64,000 bases of DNA from a virus (taxonomy: Duplodnaviria > Caudoviricetes): positions 6,498-70,497 of IMG/VR virus record IMGVR_UViG_3300014656_000025. One strand, written 5' to 3'. The notes beneath the pieces were generated by a model that saw nothing but the letters and a program-made list of their open reading frames with translations, was not told where the DNA came from and did no database searches. Positions 18,666 through 28,968 of the stretch are shown here, one piece after another. Position 1 is the first letter of the stretch, and the number at the start of each line of letters is the position of its first letter. Both the position numbers and the translations under genes were made by a program.

Positions 18666-19408
18666 GTTGGATTAGTGGCGTAATAGTAGCCAGATTTGCG
18701 GGTAATTCTAATGTGGAAGCCTGTTTTGGTGATGTTGCGTGGTGGAGAATACTGCGTATCACTTGTGTCGTGAACACAACCAGCATACAACAATTCAACA
18801 TAAAAGTCTGTGGTTGGAGTTATATTTAGCGTCAAAAACCCATTTATCTCAAACGAACCCAAACTCTCGTGGTCTACAAAGTAATCTGCATAACCAGCAG
18901 CTTCTGGGACAACAATGTCAGAAACAGTATCAGTCACAGATGCAACTATTTTCGGTATCAAAATACCATCACTGAGCGTAAATGATGTAACGCCTACGCC
19001 AGTAGATGTGTAAGTGCCGAAGACGAGATACGACTTTGTTGTCGGCAACGTGTTAGACCATGTAGAGTCTTGGCAAAAATATATGCTGGCGTCTGTTTGA
19101 TTTGCAAGAGCCGTGAATACGCCACCAGAGTAGTTTATCTCGCGACCGATTAGACAATAGAATTGCGCAACTGTGACAGAGAGAGAACTTGTGCTGGTGG
19201 TCACTGTTGGCGTTGATGTAAGGCCTTCACCAAACAGTGTAGAGAACGTGTCCTCGAAGGCATCCTCGGTTGACTGGAGTTCTGTATTCCACAGGGATGA
19301 ATTGGCGTTCAGTTTAGTTCTAAGCGTGGTAGCACTGTCTTGTACCAATGTGGATGGTTCAGCTATTTCAAAATGGTAAGTAAGGCTCATAGGTATCACC
19401 AACCTCAA
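18620..19408 (-). CDS. putative virion structural (tail/fibre-associated) protein
   Basis: Thr/Ser-rich, beta-strand-rich; downstream of the tail fibre; probable start MSLTY at 19390. Confidence 0.5.
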   Translation of the reverse strand: MRLVIPMSLTYHFEIAEPSTLVQDSATTLRTKLNANSSLWNTELQSTEDAFEDTFSTLFGEGLTSTPTVTTSTSSLSVTVAQFYCLIGREINYSGGVFTALANQTDASIYFCQDSTWSNTLPTTKSYLVFGTYTSTGVGVTSFTLSDGILIPKIVASVTDTVSDIVVPEAAGYADYFVDHESLGSFEINGFLTLNITPTTDFYVELLYAGCVHDTSDTQYSPPRNITKTGFHIRITRKSGYYYATNPTCDFTYTRTGLAIAA

Positions 19409-19436
19409 TTATACAGCATCGTCAACGAAAAGTCAA
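19408..19436 (-). promoter_or_regulatory. internal sigma70-type promoter upstream of the glycan-modification cluster
   Basis: TTGACT-N17-TATAAT. Confidence 0.65.
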
Positions 19437-19441
19437 CCACG

Positions 19442-19804
19442 TCACGAAATCACCATCTGCTCCCACGTTTTACCAAAGTCTTCAGACTTGTATTCTGTCG
19501 GTATTCCGTTCTTGAAGCCTATGGCGTACAAATAGCCATACTTTGCGTATCCAGTCACCTGTGTTTCATCAACAACGGGTGCGATGACAAACTTGTTTAT
19601 GCCTTCAAGCCACTGCGTATCGGCAAAATGCGTGCTGCTCCGATAACAAAGGAAATCATCGTCCAGCCCAACGACGACGGCATATTGCATACCCTCATCA
19701 GCAAAGACAAAGACTTTTTTACCATCTATCGAAGAAGGCTCTGGCACCAATTTTTCTGGTGGATAAACACCATTATATCTGGTGCTATTGTACCCTATCA
19801 TCAT
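19442..19804 (-). CDS. Asp-box (BNR) protein, paralog of the C-terminus of the 1217-aa protein
   Basis: KSEDFGKTW; aligns by eye with the last ~90 aa of 22567..26220. Confidence 0.65.
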   Translation of the reverse strand: MMIGYNSTRYNGVYPPEKLVPEPSSIDGKKVFVFADEGMQYAVVVGLDDDFLCYRSSTHFADTQWLEGINKFVIAPVVDETQVTGYAKYGYLYAIGFKNGIPTEYKSEDFGKTWEQMVIS

Positions 19805-20006
19805 CTGGTTTTTCCGCCTTTATAAAACTAGAGAGGTCTGGTGCGAGAGTCCATCCCGCTTCCCCAATTATACCAAATTCGTCCACAAGGTACGCAACAA
19901 ACTCATCGAGTTTTCCTTGGGCAACATTGCGCCCCACAACCAGCGTCTCCAGTTGTCTGTGTTGCGCATCACTAAACTTCTTGGGGGTGGTTTTCTTCAC
20001 GGCCAT
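19785..20006 (-). CDS. small protein, possible tail fibre chaperone
   Basis: coiled-coil-like small ORF after the fibre gene. Confidence 0.45.
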   Translation of the reverse strand: MAVKKTTPKKFSDAQHRQLETLVVGRNVAQGKLDEFVAYLVDEFGIIGEAGWTLAPDLSSFIKAEKPDDDRVQ

Positions 20007-20009
20007 TAT

Positions 20010-20204
20010 TCACGCCTCCTGTGTATTGTTATGTGCTTTATCTTTTTCATACTTCTTTGGCAACTTGTTCTTCTCCTTGAACTCTGCGATAGCCTCCGCC
20101 ACCATGTCTCGCTCCATCATAATCGAGACAGCCTCCACGACATACCTGGTCACTGCCTCGGCATATTTCTCATCAACTTGAAACGCCAGTTTCATAAGGG
20201 GCAT
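20010..20204 (-). CDS. small protein, possible tail fibre chaperone
   Basis: small helical ORF immediately after the fibre gene. Confidence 0.45.
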   Translation of the reverse strand: MPLMKLAFQVDEKYAEAVTRYVVEAVSIMMERDMVAEAIAEFKEKNKLPKKYEKDKAHNNTQEA

Positions 20205-20216
20205 ACGGCACCTCCT

Positions 20217-22553
20217 CTATACGCCTATCAACACAACGTGGTCAGGCAACGTCGCGTGCCCATTCGTCTCCCAAAGTTCGTCAGCGGCGGCACCTGCGGC
20301 CCCCTGCGTCGCCCCGCTCTTCAGACTCAACATAAGGATACCACCGTCACTCTTTATCCTGAGGCGTTCACTACCGCCAACGATGTCACCAGTGGCAGCA
20401 GTTGAGAAAACGATGTCTGTCGGTAACACGCCACTACTGACTGCCCCGTTCACCTCAACCCTGATTTCACCGCTCCAGTTCACAACGGCTGCGCTCGTCG
20501 CACCCTGGAAAGTAAACCTCCCCAGCATGTCTCCATCCACTAGGGCTGTCTTGGTCGCAGCATTGGCATTTCGAGTGTGGTAGAAGGCAAGGTTCGCACC
20601 GCCAGTATCTGCTGCGGCCCTAGCTAGGACAAAGCCCCAATTTCCACCAGCATGAACCGCATAAAATTGTCCAGGATAGCCACCCATGAGGCTTGTAGGA
20701 AAGCCGGAACCGGATGGCTTGATACCAAATTGCCCCGTAATGTCTAGCTCAAGTGCTGGTGTTGTTGTTTTGATGCCGACTTTGTTGTTGAAGCGGTGAG
20801 CGGTCGTTGCTCCGTAGTCCATGTATCCATCGGCAAGACTGTCTATGTACTCATTCCCGTCCACCTGCGTGAAGATAACCTTGTTGTCAACGCGAAGCGT
20901 ACCGCCGATTACGCTAGGTGCAGTGCCATCGTGGTACACAAAGTAGTCCACGCCATCACGCTCTTTACCGTAAAGCATGTAGACAGTGCCGCCAACCGTC
21001 CCGTCAGCATCCGCCTCGATGTAGTGGACGTAAACATTGCCCGTCACTTCGTGAGCGGCTTCTTGGTCAAAGTGAGCCTCGGAAACATATACATCACCAT
21101 TTATTACACCGCTATTGAGGTCCGCTAGTGCATATAGAGTTCTGAGATACCTGGTGTTTACGGCATCACCGATGTCCCCCGCGTCGTGCTGTGTCTCAAC
21201 GACCAAGCCTTGCAGATAGCCAATCTCGCCAGCCGCTTGGTTGTAAATAGCACCGAGGTACATGCCGCGCAGAGCATCGTCGTGGTCAGTAGCACCTGCG
21301 GTTTTCGTGAATTCTATTCGGGCAGCATGGTATGTATCAGTGGTATCCAGCGCGGCGAGGGCGAGGTTGATGCCGCGTGTTGGGTCTGGCGCAGTCTGGA
21401 TGCCGAGGGTGCCGTCAATCTGAAATGAGTCACTGGTCCTTCCAACATTAGCGGCACTGCGGTAGAATACAACATCCCCGCCCATGTGGACGCCGTTGTC
21501 TATGCCAGACCCCGCGAGATAGACGGCGTAATTGTTTGTGCCTGCGGTCAAATCAGCGACATGCAAACCGTATTGGTCTGTGAGCAGGCCACCACCCTCG
21601 CCGTCTAGAACGATAAACCCCATTCGTTCGGCAACCACTCCGGTAGTTTTTGTCGTGTTGAGCCGAGCGTGGAAATTGTAAGCTGATGTTATGTCACCGT
21701 TTTCCGTATAATCATTAAGGTTCTCGATGAGTGACCGTATACCTATGGCGTAAGTAACCGTGCCTATGCCATAGTGTATGGCATTGGTACTAGCGCCAAT
21801 TAGTCCTTCGATGTTTCCTGTAGCCCCGTCATCAAGTGTTTCTGCGAAGAAGCGTCCACCAATCGCCCAAGCCTTATGTGTGCCTGCACCGTCTTCTGTT
21901 GAATCCCAAATTGTGCGACCATATATGGATGCAGCCCGCAACTGTCCAGTAATGGCACCGGCTGGTTGCACTACGGTTTGTATAAACTGCGACCAATCAT
22001 CGCCTATCTGGTCAGTGATTGTGTCTGCTACAAGCAACGGTCGTATAGTATCTGGTGCTATACCAAGACCAAGACGTGCAATTTGTCCAGTAGCAGTTGT
22101 TATCTTGCCATTAGTCAGCGTCACATCATTCGTGCTTATCGTCCAGTCACCAGTTAGGTCACGCGTACCATCAACCAACAGGTATTTAGTGAGTTCTCCA
22201 CCATCCCCTGCTGTATGTCCGTGACTATTGATTGCGGATTCCAATTCATCCATTTGCGCCTTGGTTAAAAGAAGCGAAACCCTGTCCCCGTTTGTATGTG
22301 CAGCAGCACTCGTATCCTCCTGCGCCCGTGTCACTGTCAGTGTAGTGCCCGACGCCGCCGTAGCTTTGACAATCTCCATATTAGGGTCGTCACCTGGGTC
22401 AGCGTAAGTATCTTCATCCCAGATGGTGATGTTGTAATCAAATGATGCAGGGGCGTTAGCTATGCTAGCAACCGTAATGGTAGTATCGTCAATAGCTACA
22501 TCGGCAGCCAAAACCGTCTTGAAATTGTTAGATTTTTTCAAAAACGTTGCCAT
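20217..22553 (-). CDS. tail fibre protein
   Basis: Gly/Thr/Ala-rich; fibre-like motifs YLLVDGTRDLTG, VGIKTTTP..LDI, ERLRIKSDG. Confidence 0.8.
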   Translation of the reverse strand: MATFLKKSNNFKTVLAADVAIDDTTITVASIANAPASFDYNITIWDEDTYADPGDDPNMEIVKATAASGTTLTVTRAQEDTSAAAHTNGDRVSLLLTKAQMDELESAINSHGHTAGDGGELTKYLLVDGTRDLTGDWTISTNDVTLTNGKITTATGQIARLGLGIAPDTIRPLLVADTITDQIGDDWSQFIQTVVQPAGAITGQLRAASIYGRTIWDSTEDGAGTHKAWAIGGRFFAETLDDGATGNIEGLIGASTNAIHYGIGTVTYAIGIRSLIENLNDYTENGDITSAYNFHARLNTTKTTGVVAERMGFIVLDGEGGGLLTDQYGLHVADLTAGTNNYAVYLAGSGIDNGVHMGGDVVFYRSAANVGRTSDSFQIDGTLGIQTAPDPTRGINLALAALDTTDTYHAARIEFTKTAGATDHDDALRGMYLGAIYNQAAGEIGYLQGLVVETQHDAGDIGDAVNTRYLRTLYALADLNSGVINGDVYVSEAHFDQEAAHEVTGNVYVHYIEADADGTVGGTVYMLYGKERDGVDYFVYHDGTAPSVIGGTLRVDNKVIFTQVDGNEYIDSLADGYMDYGATTAHRFNNKVGIKTTTPALELDITGQFGIKPSGSGFPTSLMGGYPGQFYAVHAGGNWGFVLARAAADTGGANLAFYHTRNANAATKTALVDGDMLGRFTFQGATSAAVVNWSGEIRVEVNGAVSSGVLPTDIVFSTAATGDIVGGSERLRIKSDGGILMLSLKSGATQGAAGAAADELWETNGHATLPDHVVLIGV

Positions 22554-22566
22554 AGTACACCACCAC

Positions 22567-25500
22567 TCAGGTCCAAGTCTTACCAGTATCTTCAGATTTG
22601 TGCATACTCACAACGTCTTCTTTTATAGCATACACATATATGTTACCACGCTGGAAGTTCACACAGGGCTGCGATTCATTATCTACTCCAGTAACTATTG
22701 TAAAAACATTGGTGTCAGTAACCCAACTTGTTTCATCAAAATTAGTCGGGCTACGATAACATTTCAACACGCCATCACTATCAATGGCGATACAAATCTT
22801 TATGCCATCCTGCTCACAACAAAAAGCCTTCTCTATATTCTGGTCTATAATAACTTCGGTGGCGTCACCCCAACTTGCACCCCAATCCTCCGATACAACA
22901 CGATACAAATCCCCGTCGTCTATGTAATACAGATATACGAAGCCGGAATCCACCACATATCCAGATGGACTGCCATCACAGTTTTTTACATCGGTGCGAG
23001 GCAATGCGTATGGCGAAAGCGTTGTGCCCTCACTATACCACAAATCAGGGGGTGCAGTATAGACATGCGTAACATCCCACCCATCGAAGTAGAAAACGTA
23101 TATGACATTATCAGTATGTTCGACAATCATGCCGCCAGACCGCGCACTCAGAACACGCGCAACACCATACTCTCTTGTGGTTAGTGGTCCGTCGTATTTA
23201 CACCCTGCAAATACATTCTTTTGCCCGTCGTCTCCATAACTGATTGCGTAGGAATATCCGTTTTCCATCACAGGATTTGTGCGTAATCTTCCAGACTTAG
23301 CGGGTTCACAACTACCTACCTGCTCCCAACTTGCTCCATCGTCAGGCGTCCCGTCCCTATTGGCGTCGGAAATCCTCCATACCTTGAACGCATGTTGTGA
23401 AGCATCGTCACTGCTTGCTCCCAAGTCATCGCTTCCCCTATGCCTGTGATTACCTTGAGTAGCAAGCCCTTGCCCCCGACCATGCAAGTGGTACTTGGCA
23501 TACAGGGTCACTGGCAATAATTGCGCTACGTGTGTGTCAATGGTTTTTACGTGGAGAGCAGCATCGAAGCCCAAGCCTGTGCTAATAACATCTCCACCAG
23601 CCCGCTCCAAATCCCACCAGTAAGGCCCACTACCTATAGTGGCTTCTTCTCCCTCAGGGTCAACGCCTGTGATGGCTTCTGTGACATTAGTGTTGGGGTT
23701 GTAAGTGGCAAGCCATTGTTGCTGATAGTTTATTTCATCACCCAAGCTCTCAAGCGTTTTAGCGTAACACACATCGCTTGCGGGGCCTACGTGGTCTGGG
23801 CTTTGATGTAGCTCCCCATGCTGTTTCATGCCCCGCTGAGTTTTTTCCCTGCTATAGGGCGTACTGCTATCCTCAACGCCGTACACAATATTCAAACATT
23901 CCTTACCCTCGTAAGTCATTCCAAAACCACAATAATCATCGAACCAGTCCCATGCGTCAATAGCAGGTTGTGCAATAGCGTGTGGGTAACTCTCGTAGTC
24001 ATGGTCAGATGGGTCTGCAATAAGCTCGTACTGCTCCAGTTCCCACGTACCAGGAACAGTAGGCAATTCCAATGTGATAGAATCGACGTGTTGCAAGCAG
24101 GGAGGGTAGGTAAAGTCTGCTGGTAGAGCAAGGTCAACGTAAACATCACCGCCCACTCCATCGTCCCTCGTGGTGATATTGGCGATGAATGAGACGTTGG
24201 CTGTGCTTCTATCATACCGCCAATCCGAGTTCACAAATCTCCACTCACGACTCACATAGAAAGTATCATGTACGACAATTGTACTGTACGTCAAAGTCAA
24301 CGTAATATCCCAGTTCTCTGCGTCTTGAGGCATTTCTGAAAAGCCGATGCGGAGGATTGTGGAGTTGTCATAGTTGGTGACATCTTCCACAGGAACCTCA
24401 ATCAGCCAAGTGGGGTCGTCATCATCACTGCGTTGATTAGCCTTCTGTAAATAAACCCACGAAGGAGACTGCGCTTCTGCTGCTCCTGGCTGGCTTGCTA
24501 ATCTGTCCATGCGAAGCCAATAGCGCGTTGCTAGAGTTCGAGTAACATTGGGTGTCTTTGCTTCGTCACTGATTATCCACACCCCATTGTCCGCTTCGCT
24601 TATTGTCAAGCCGCCAGCACCAACCCACGATGTTGGTCTTTCTGAATATCCAGGCGGTATATCGAGGTTGACATCCTCATGGTCGATTATTAGCGCAGGT
24701 CCCCAATAAGGTTCTTCTGTAAAGTTGCCTGCTTCTATGGATGGGATACCAAATGGCGCATAATCACATCGTATAGTTTCTGTGCCTGCGTCGTGGTTTA
24801 CTGTAATGGATAGCCGCTCGTTAGCAAGGTCAGCCCACTCTGTGTCTACCTTGACGTAGAAACTGTTTGGGAGCTTGTATCCACTGACATCAGGAGGACT
24901 ACCGCCTGCAAGCTGAAACGTAAATTGGTGATACCAGTCACTCAAGCCTGGGTCAAACCATACCACAGTTGTCTCGTCTTCATCGGCATCGTAATAAGTA
25001 ATACCAGTAGAGAACCTGATACCGCTTGGATAACCCTCAGCACTAGCCCCAAACCGCCCCGCATCTATATTGAAACGTATAGGCCCTTTGAATATACACT
25101 CCACAGCCGTACCAGCACCTGTAGTTCCACCATCTTTTGTCCTTTGTAGATGCAGCGTTTGCCCAACACCGTAAGCGTGCCAGTGGTTATAGGTCTCTGG
25201 TTCATCTAGGTCCCAAACCCAAGGTGTACTCCCTTGAGACCAATAAGAAATAAGGCTGAGGTCGGTTGAGACGGATGATTCAGAGAAAGTCAGGTCTGAC
25301 ACTAAGCCATAATCAGTGTTGATACTAGGAGCAGCGGCATATGTAAAACCCATCGAAATATTACCGACGCCATCCCAAGTAATAGGATTGGTTGCGGATA
25401 GGCTACCGAGATTGGCGGTAACTGTGGACGTGCCATCGGCAAGCCACTTTACTTGAGCATCACGGTCACGGAAACTACGGGGGCTACTGCGCTTGGGAAG

Positions 25501-26220
25501 TTCGGCATTGCTGACCTCTCCGTATACCTTGAGGTCCTCGATGCTAAATGATGCTGCAAGTTCCCATGATGTTTCGCCTACATGATGCCATGTGCTGGTG
25601 TCATCTTCCATCCAGCCGCCAGTAGAGAAGTAGCCAAGCTCTTCATCGTCTGGTATTGGGGCCACACCAGTCACCCGCGCATACGATTGCCAACAAGCAA
25701 CGACACAAACATCAAATGCACCATGCGAACCGATTTCGGCGGCCATTGCTATCACCGATGCCTGTGCTTCAGCATTCCAATCTCCCTGCCCACCCCTACT
25801 CCAGAACCAGTTGGCAGGAGGGTCATCGAAGTCAGCATAACTCCACACTGTCCCGTAGAATCCAATACCGACACCAGCATTGCCAATACCAGCATATACA
25901 GAGGTCACGCTTGGCGATGTCCCGTTGATGCCAGCAGCAACCCAATCCCCATCACTCAGATTGTAGATACCCAATCCGAATGAGTACATGGTAGACATCT
26001 CTATGCCATCAAACTTGACGAAGCTCATATACGGCGTCCATTCGTACTCAAATGATGCTCCCTGCTGCTTCTGTCCGTGCTTCTCTGGTATTGGCGGTGG
26101 CATCCATATCGTACCCCGCCTAATGCGTTCCTGCTGTATCAATGGTTGATTTGCGTAATACCAACCTGCGCCCAAAAACAACACAACAACACAAACAACC
26201 AACAAGCATTGCTTGACCAT
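22567..26220 (-). CDS. large putative tail/receptor-binding protein with C-terminal Asp-boxes
   Basis: 1217 aa, aromatic/acidic, SEDWGASW and SEDTGKTW; lies in the tail region. Confidence 0.55.
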   Translation of the reverse strand: MVKQCLLVVCVVVLFLGAGWYYANQPLIQQERIRRGTIWMPPPIPEKHGQKQQGASFEYEWTPYMSFVKFDGIEMSTMYSFGLGIYNLSDGDWVAAGINGTSPSVTSVYAGIGNAGVGIGFYGTVWSYADFDDPPANWFWSRGGQGDWNAEAQASVIAMAAEIGSHGAFDVCVVACWQSYARVTGVAPIPDDEELGYFSTGGWMEDDTSTWHHVGETSWELAASFSIEDLKVYGEVSNAELPKRSSPRSFRDRDAQVKWLADGTSTVTANLGSLSATNPITWDGVGNISMGFTYAAAPSINTDYGLVSDLTFSESSVSTDLSLISYWSQGSTPWVWDLDEPETYNHWHAYGVGQTLHLQRTKDGGTTGAGTAVECIFKGPIRFNIDAGRFGASAEGYPSGIRFSTGITYYDADEDETTVVWFDPGLSDWYHQFTFQLAGGSPPDVSGYKLPNSFYVKVDTEWADLANERLSITVNHDAGTETIRCDYAPFGIPSIEAGNFTEEPYWGPALIIDHEDVNLDIPPGYSERPTSWVGAGGLTISEADNGVWIISDEAKTPNVTRTLATRYWLRMDRLASQPGAAEAQSPSWVYLQKANQRSDDDDPTWLIEVPVEDVTNYDNSTILRIGFSEMPQDAENWDITLTLTYSTIVVHDTFYVSREWRFVNSDWRYDRSTANVSFIANITTRDDGVGGDVYVDLALPADFTYPPCLQHVDSITLELPTVPGTWELEQYELIADPSDHDYESYPHAIAQPAIDAWDWFDDYCGFGMTYEGKECLNIVYGVEDSSTPYSREKTQRGMKQHGELHQSPDHVGPASDVCYAKTLESLGDEINYQQQWLATYNPNTNVTEAITGVDPEGEEATIGSGPYWWDLERAGGDVISTGLGFDAALHVKTIDTHVAQLLPVTLYAKYHLHGRGQGLATQGNHRHRGSDDLGASSDDASQHAFKVWRISDANRDGTPDDGASWEQVGSCEPAKSGRLRTNPVMENGYSYAISYGDDGQKNVFAGCKYDGPLTTREYGVARVLSARSGGMIVEHTDNVIYVFYFDGWDVTHVYTAPPDLWYSEGTTLSPYALPRTDVKNCDGSPSGYVVDSGFVYLYYIDDGDLYRVVSEDWGASWGDATEVIIDQNIEKAFCCEQDGIKICIAIDSDGVLKCYRSPTNFDETSWVTDTNVFTIVTGVDNESQPCVNFQRGNIYVYAIKEDVVSMHKSEDTGKTWT

Positions 26221-26298
26221 GACTGTTCTCCTCGTACCATAATGTATTACATGTAGTGCAGAAAGAAACGGGAAGCATCATAGCCTCCCACTTATTAA

Positions 26299-26697
26299 CT
26301 AGAACTGAATATCTGTCACGGCATACAGGCACCAGTCAATATCATCGAACGAGATGTTGTGAGTTTTTCTTAGTATACCAGCAAAACCCACTCCATCAAC
26401 ATGAGCAATATCAAGTATGTTGTCAACAACATCAATGCCTGTATTCTTGGCACGACATGATATTCCGCCGCCCCATTGGTCTGTCTGTGGCGCGAACAAT
26501 GCGTCTGCGTGTACAGAAAAATCGTCAATTGTAATTCCAAAGACATCAATTTCTGGACGCTCGTAGAGTTTGTAGCTTGCTCTCAGGTTAAAGCACGCGC
26601 CGTTACTAGCGTAAGCTGTCCCATAACTGAACGCATTATCAGCCACCACTGGAATTGCCAACGCAACAACGATTACACACATCATCAACTTTCTCAT
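26299..26697 (-). CDS. secreted protein, possible small outer-membrane beta-barrel
   Basis: signal peptide, alternating hydrophobic strands, C-terminal Phe (WCLYAVTDIQF). Confidence 0.5.
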   Translation of the reverse strand: MRKLMMCVIVVALAIPVVADNAFSYGTAYASNGACFNLRASYKLYERPEIDVFGITIDDFSVHADALFAPQTDQWGGGISCRAKNTGIDVVDNILDIAHVDGVGFAGILRKTHNISFDDIDWCLYAVTDIQF

Positions 26698-26710
26698 TTT
26701 GTTTCTCCCA

Positions 26711-27619
26711 TCAGATTGTTATTCCCAACGCTTGCAACATACTATGACGAACGACACCGCTAGGCACGCTATTGGTGTTAGCGGCCTGCCAATTCCTCAC
26801 CGCTTCGTGCGTCTTCGGACCAAAATAACCGTCTACTCCGTTACCGTGATAGTCCCCAGAATCAGCAAGCGCCTTCTGCAACTTGCGGACAGGTACACCA
26901 ACAGACCCAAACCAAAGCCTCTTGTACGGCGTCTTGTCCTCGGCATCGAGCCATAACTCAAAGAACACAGTATCCATCACTGTATAATGGAACCTCATCT
27001 GTCCACCAGCGGTATCGTACACAAAATTACGAAATTGTTTCCATTGTTCACCAAACCACCCATATCGTATCACTTGACAGCCACTGGAGTTCAAACCCAC
27101 CCTATTGCTCCAGCCCCCAGCGTGGATGTTGATGCCCCTGTCTGGATGCGGATAATCCCACATGTCTGTAGGTTCTATCTTTATGTCATCATCGAGGTCT
27201 CTAATAACAAGGATTCTATCGGCGGCTCTGAGTGCTTGTTTTCCCCTATGTCTGCCACGTTTGTAGGAAAACTGTCCAGGTTGAATAACGGGACACCCCT
27301 TATCTGCTGGTCGATAATATGGCAGCTTGAACGACGCGAAGCCAGGTTGTGTGGATAGCGGATAAATAGCAGAAAAACGCCCACCCCCTTTGTGATGCGA
27401 CTTAAAGCCAGATACAAACATGATGTCATCGTACCTGTCCGTGACTTTCCACGGTATTGGCAGCGATTCTAAGCCAATCAGTTTGCCCCCGCCATACACA
27501 GGCTTGCACCCACGAAATGCGAATAGTTGTATAGTACCAGCAGCAGTTGCATCGTGGCGCATTGACTGGTCGTGCAAAAAATCAGCAACGCGGATTGATA
27601 GCCGGTCAAATGGTATCAA
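26711..27619 (-). CDS. endolysin: YkuD-like catalytic domain plus PG_binding_1 domain
   Basis: GINIHAG..SSGCQVI; GSVGVPVRKLQKAL..VDGYFGPKTHEAVRNWQ. Confidence 0.85.
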   Translation of the reverse strand: MIPFDRLSIRVADFLHDQSMRHDATAAGTIQLFAFRGCKPVYGGGKLIGLESLPIPWKVTDRYDDIMFVSGFKSHHKGGGRFSAIYPLSTQPGFASFKLPYYRPADKGCPVIQPGQFSYKRGRHRGKQALRAADRILVIRDLDDDIKIEPTDMWDYPHPDRGINIHAGGWSNRVGLNSSGCQVIRYGWFGEQWKQFRNFVYDTAGGQMRFHYTVMDTVFFELWLDAEDKTPYKRLWFGSVGVPVRKLQKALADSGDYHGNGVDGYFGPKTHEAVRNWQAANTNSVPSGVVRHSMLQALGITI

Positions 27620-27624
27620 CTACA

Positions 27625-28941
27625 TCACTCCTTAAGTGTTGGAATATTCATCCCATCACCACGTATCCCTGCTTCATCAAGTTCTGCTAGTGTAGGTTCA
27701 TCATCAAGATAAAGTTGGATGTTCCAACCCAAACCATACTTCGGAGAGAATGTGTAGAAATGTTGACTAGGGCGAGAACATGCCTGTAACTTGCTTATGG
27801 AAAATCCAGTTCCACCAACCCAACTTGCAGTAACTCCCCACCCATCGTCCCACATCTGAGCGTCTACGTGGTGGTGTCCCAAGAACATGAAATCACTAAC
27901 TTGGTGAACCATCTGGTCAAAACTACTTTTAGCACGCCTTATTCCGTAATAGGGTATGTTCATGTATCGTTGAGCTTCTTGACCATGAAACATCAGGTAA
28001 TTGTATGGCCTATCAAATTCACCGAAATCTATGTACTTATTATCAGGCCCTATTGTGAAAGCTGTGAAGCTACTTGGTGAAATATGAATATTTATGTGTT
28101 CCTGTTGCGAAAGCAGCATTTTCACCATCATGTATACAGTGATGTCGTTGTTGTTTGTGGTGTTGCGCTCCAACCCGTGATTACCAAATTCCAGCAGAAC
28201 CTCCGTGTGGGCAAATTGTTCTGCCATTACCAATATTGTGCGAGCCATTTCCTGTGCAGCGGCAATAATCTGTTCCCCTATGCCCAGGTCAACCCTAGCG
28301 AGTTGCATATTGAAAATATCCTCACCAGTGACCCAATCACCCATGCCCAAAATGTATAACGTATTGACCTTGTAACTTCTGCGGAAATCCGCCAACTGGT
28401 TAGTAAAAGCACCAAGGAATGTATCCCTGCGCCTGAGGAAGATATTGTAGTTGTACTCCGAAAGAGTTCCAGTTTCTTCTCTTTTGACCCATTCTCCAAC
28501 ATGAATATCAGTCAGTGTTTGGATAACAGCGTGGTCTGCGTTGCCTTTTGTCATCCTCTTGGGCACAGGCATTGCTGGCATAGGCACAAATGTAGTAGTC
28601 AAAAGGTCGTCTAATTGCGAGTAGAATCGATCTCGTTTCTCAACAATGGCACGAAGTTGTATGTTCTGCGACTTGTATGCTTCAGCCCGTCTCTTATCGG
28701 AAATAGGCTCATCTGAAGGCAATTCATCTGGCATCAATTCTGCTTCTACACCATTCTCATAGTGTTCCTTGCTTTGCGCAAGAGCATCCCTGAATGAACC
28801 AGGAACACCAGACGATTCACCGCCAAGATTTCGATACAATTCAGCCCTGCTGTTGCATTGAAGCCTAAGTCGGTAAAGCGCATCGCTTTGTGCTAGACTG
28901 GAAATGCTCTGCTTGCGAGCTTCTTGCCAATCTACAGCCAT
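27625..28941 (-). CDS. calcineurin-like metallophosphoesterase
   Basis: DIHVG, GDWVTG, GNHG, FHG, GHHH motifs. Confidence 0.85.
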   Translation of the reverse strand: MAVDWQEARKQSISSLAQSDALYRLRLQCNSRAELYRNLGGESSGVPGSFRDALAQSKEHYENGVEAELMPDELPSDEPISDKRRAEAYKSQNIQLRAIVEKRDRFYSQLDDLLTTTFVPMPAMPVPKRMTKGNADHAVIQTLTDIHVGEWVKREETGTLSEYNYNIFLRRRDTFLGAFTNQLADFRRSYKVNTLYILGMGDWVTGEDIFNMQLARVDLGIGEQIIAAAQEMARTILVMAEQFAHTEVLLEFGNHGLERNTTNNNDITVYMMVKMLLSQQEHINIHISPSSFTAFTIGPDNKYIDFGEFDRPYNYLMFHGQEAQRYMNIPYYGIRRAKSSFDQMVHQVSDFMFLGHHHVDAQMWDDGWGVTASWVGGTGFSISKLQACSRPSQHFYTFSPKYGLGWNIQLYLDDEPTLAELDEAGIRGDGMNIPTLKE

Positions 28942-28968
28942 TAGAGACCTCCATAATGTGATATTATA

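Noticed and set aside
18620-26220. Diversity-generating retroelement acting on tail fibres
   Set aside because: No reverse transcriptase and no near-identical TR/VR nucleotide repeat seen; the Asp-box paralogy is only at protein level
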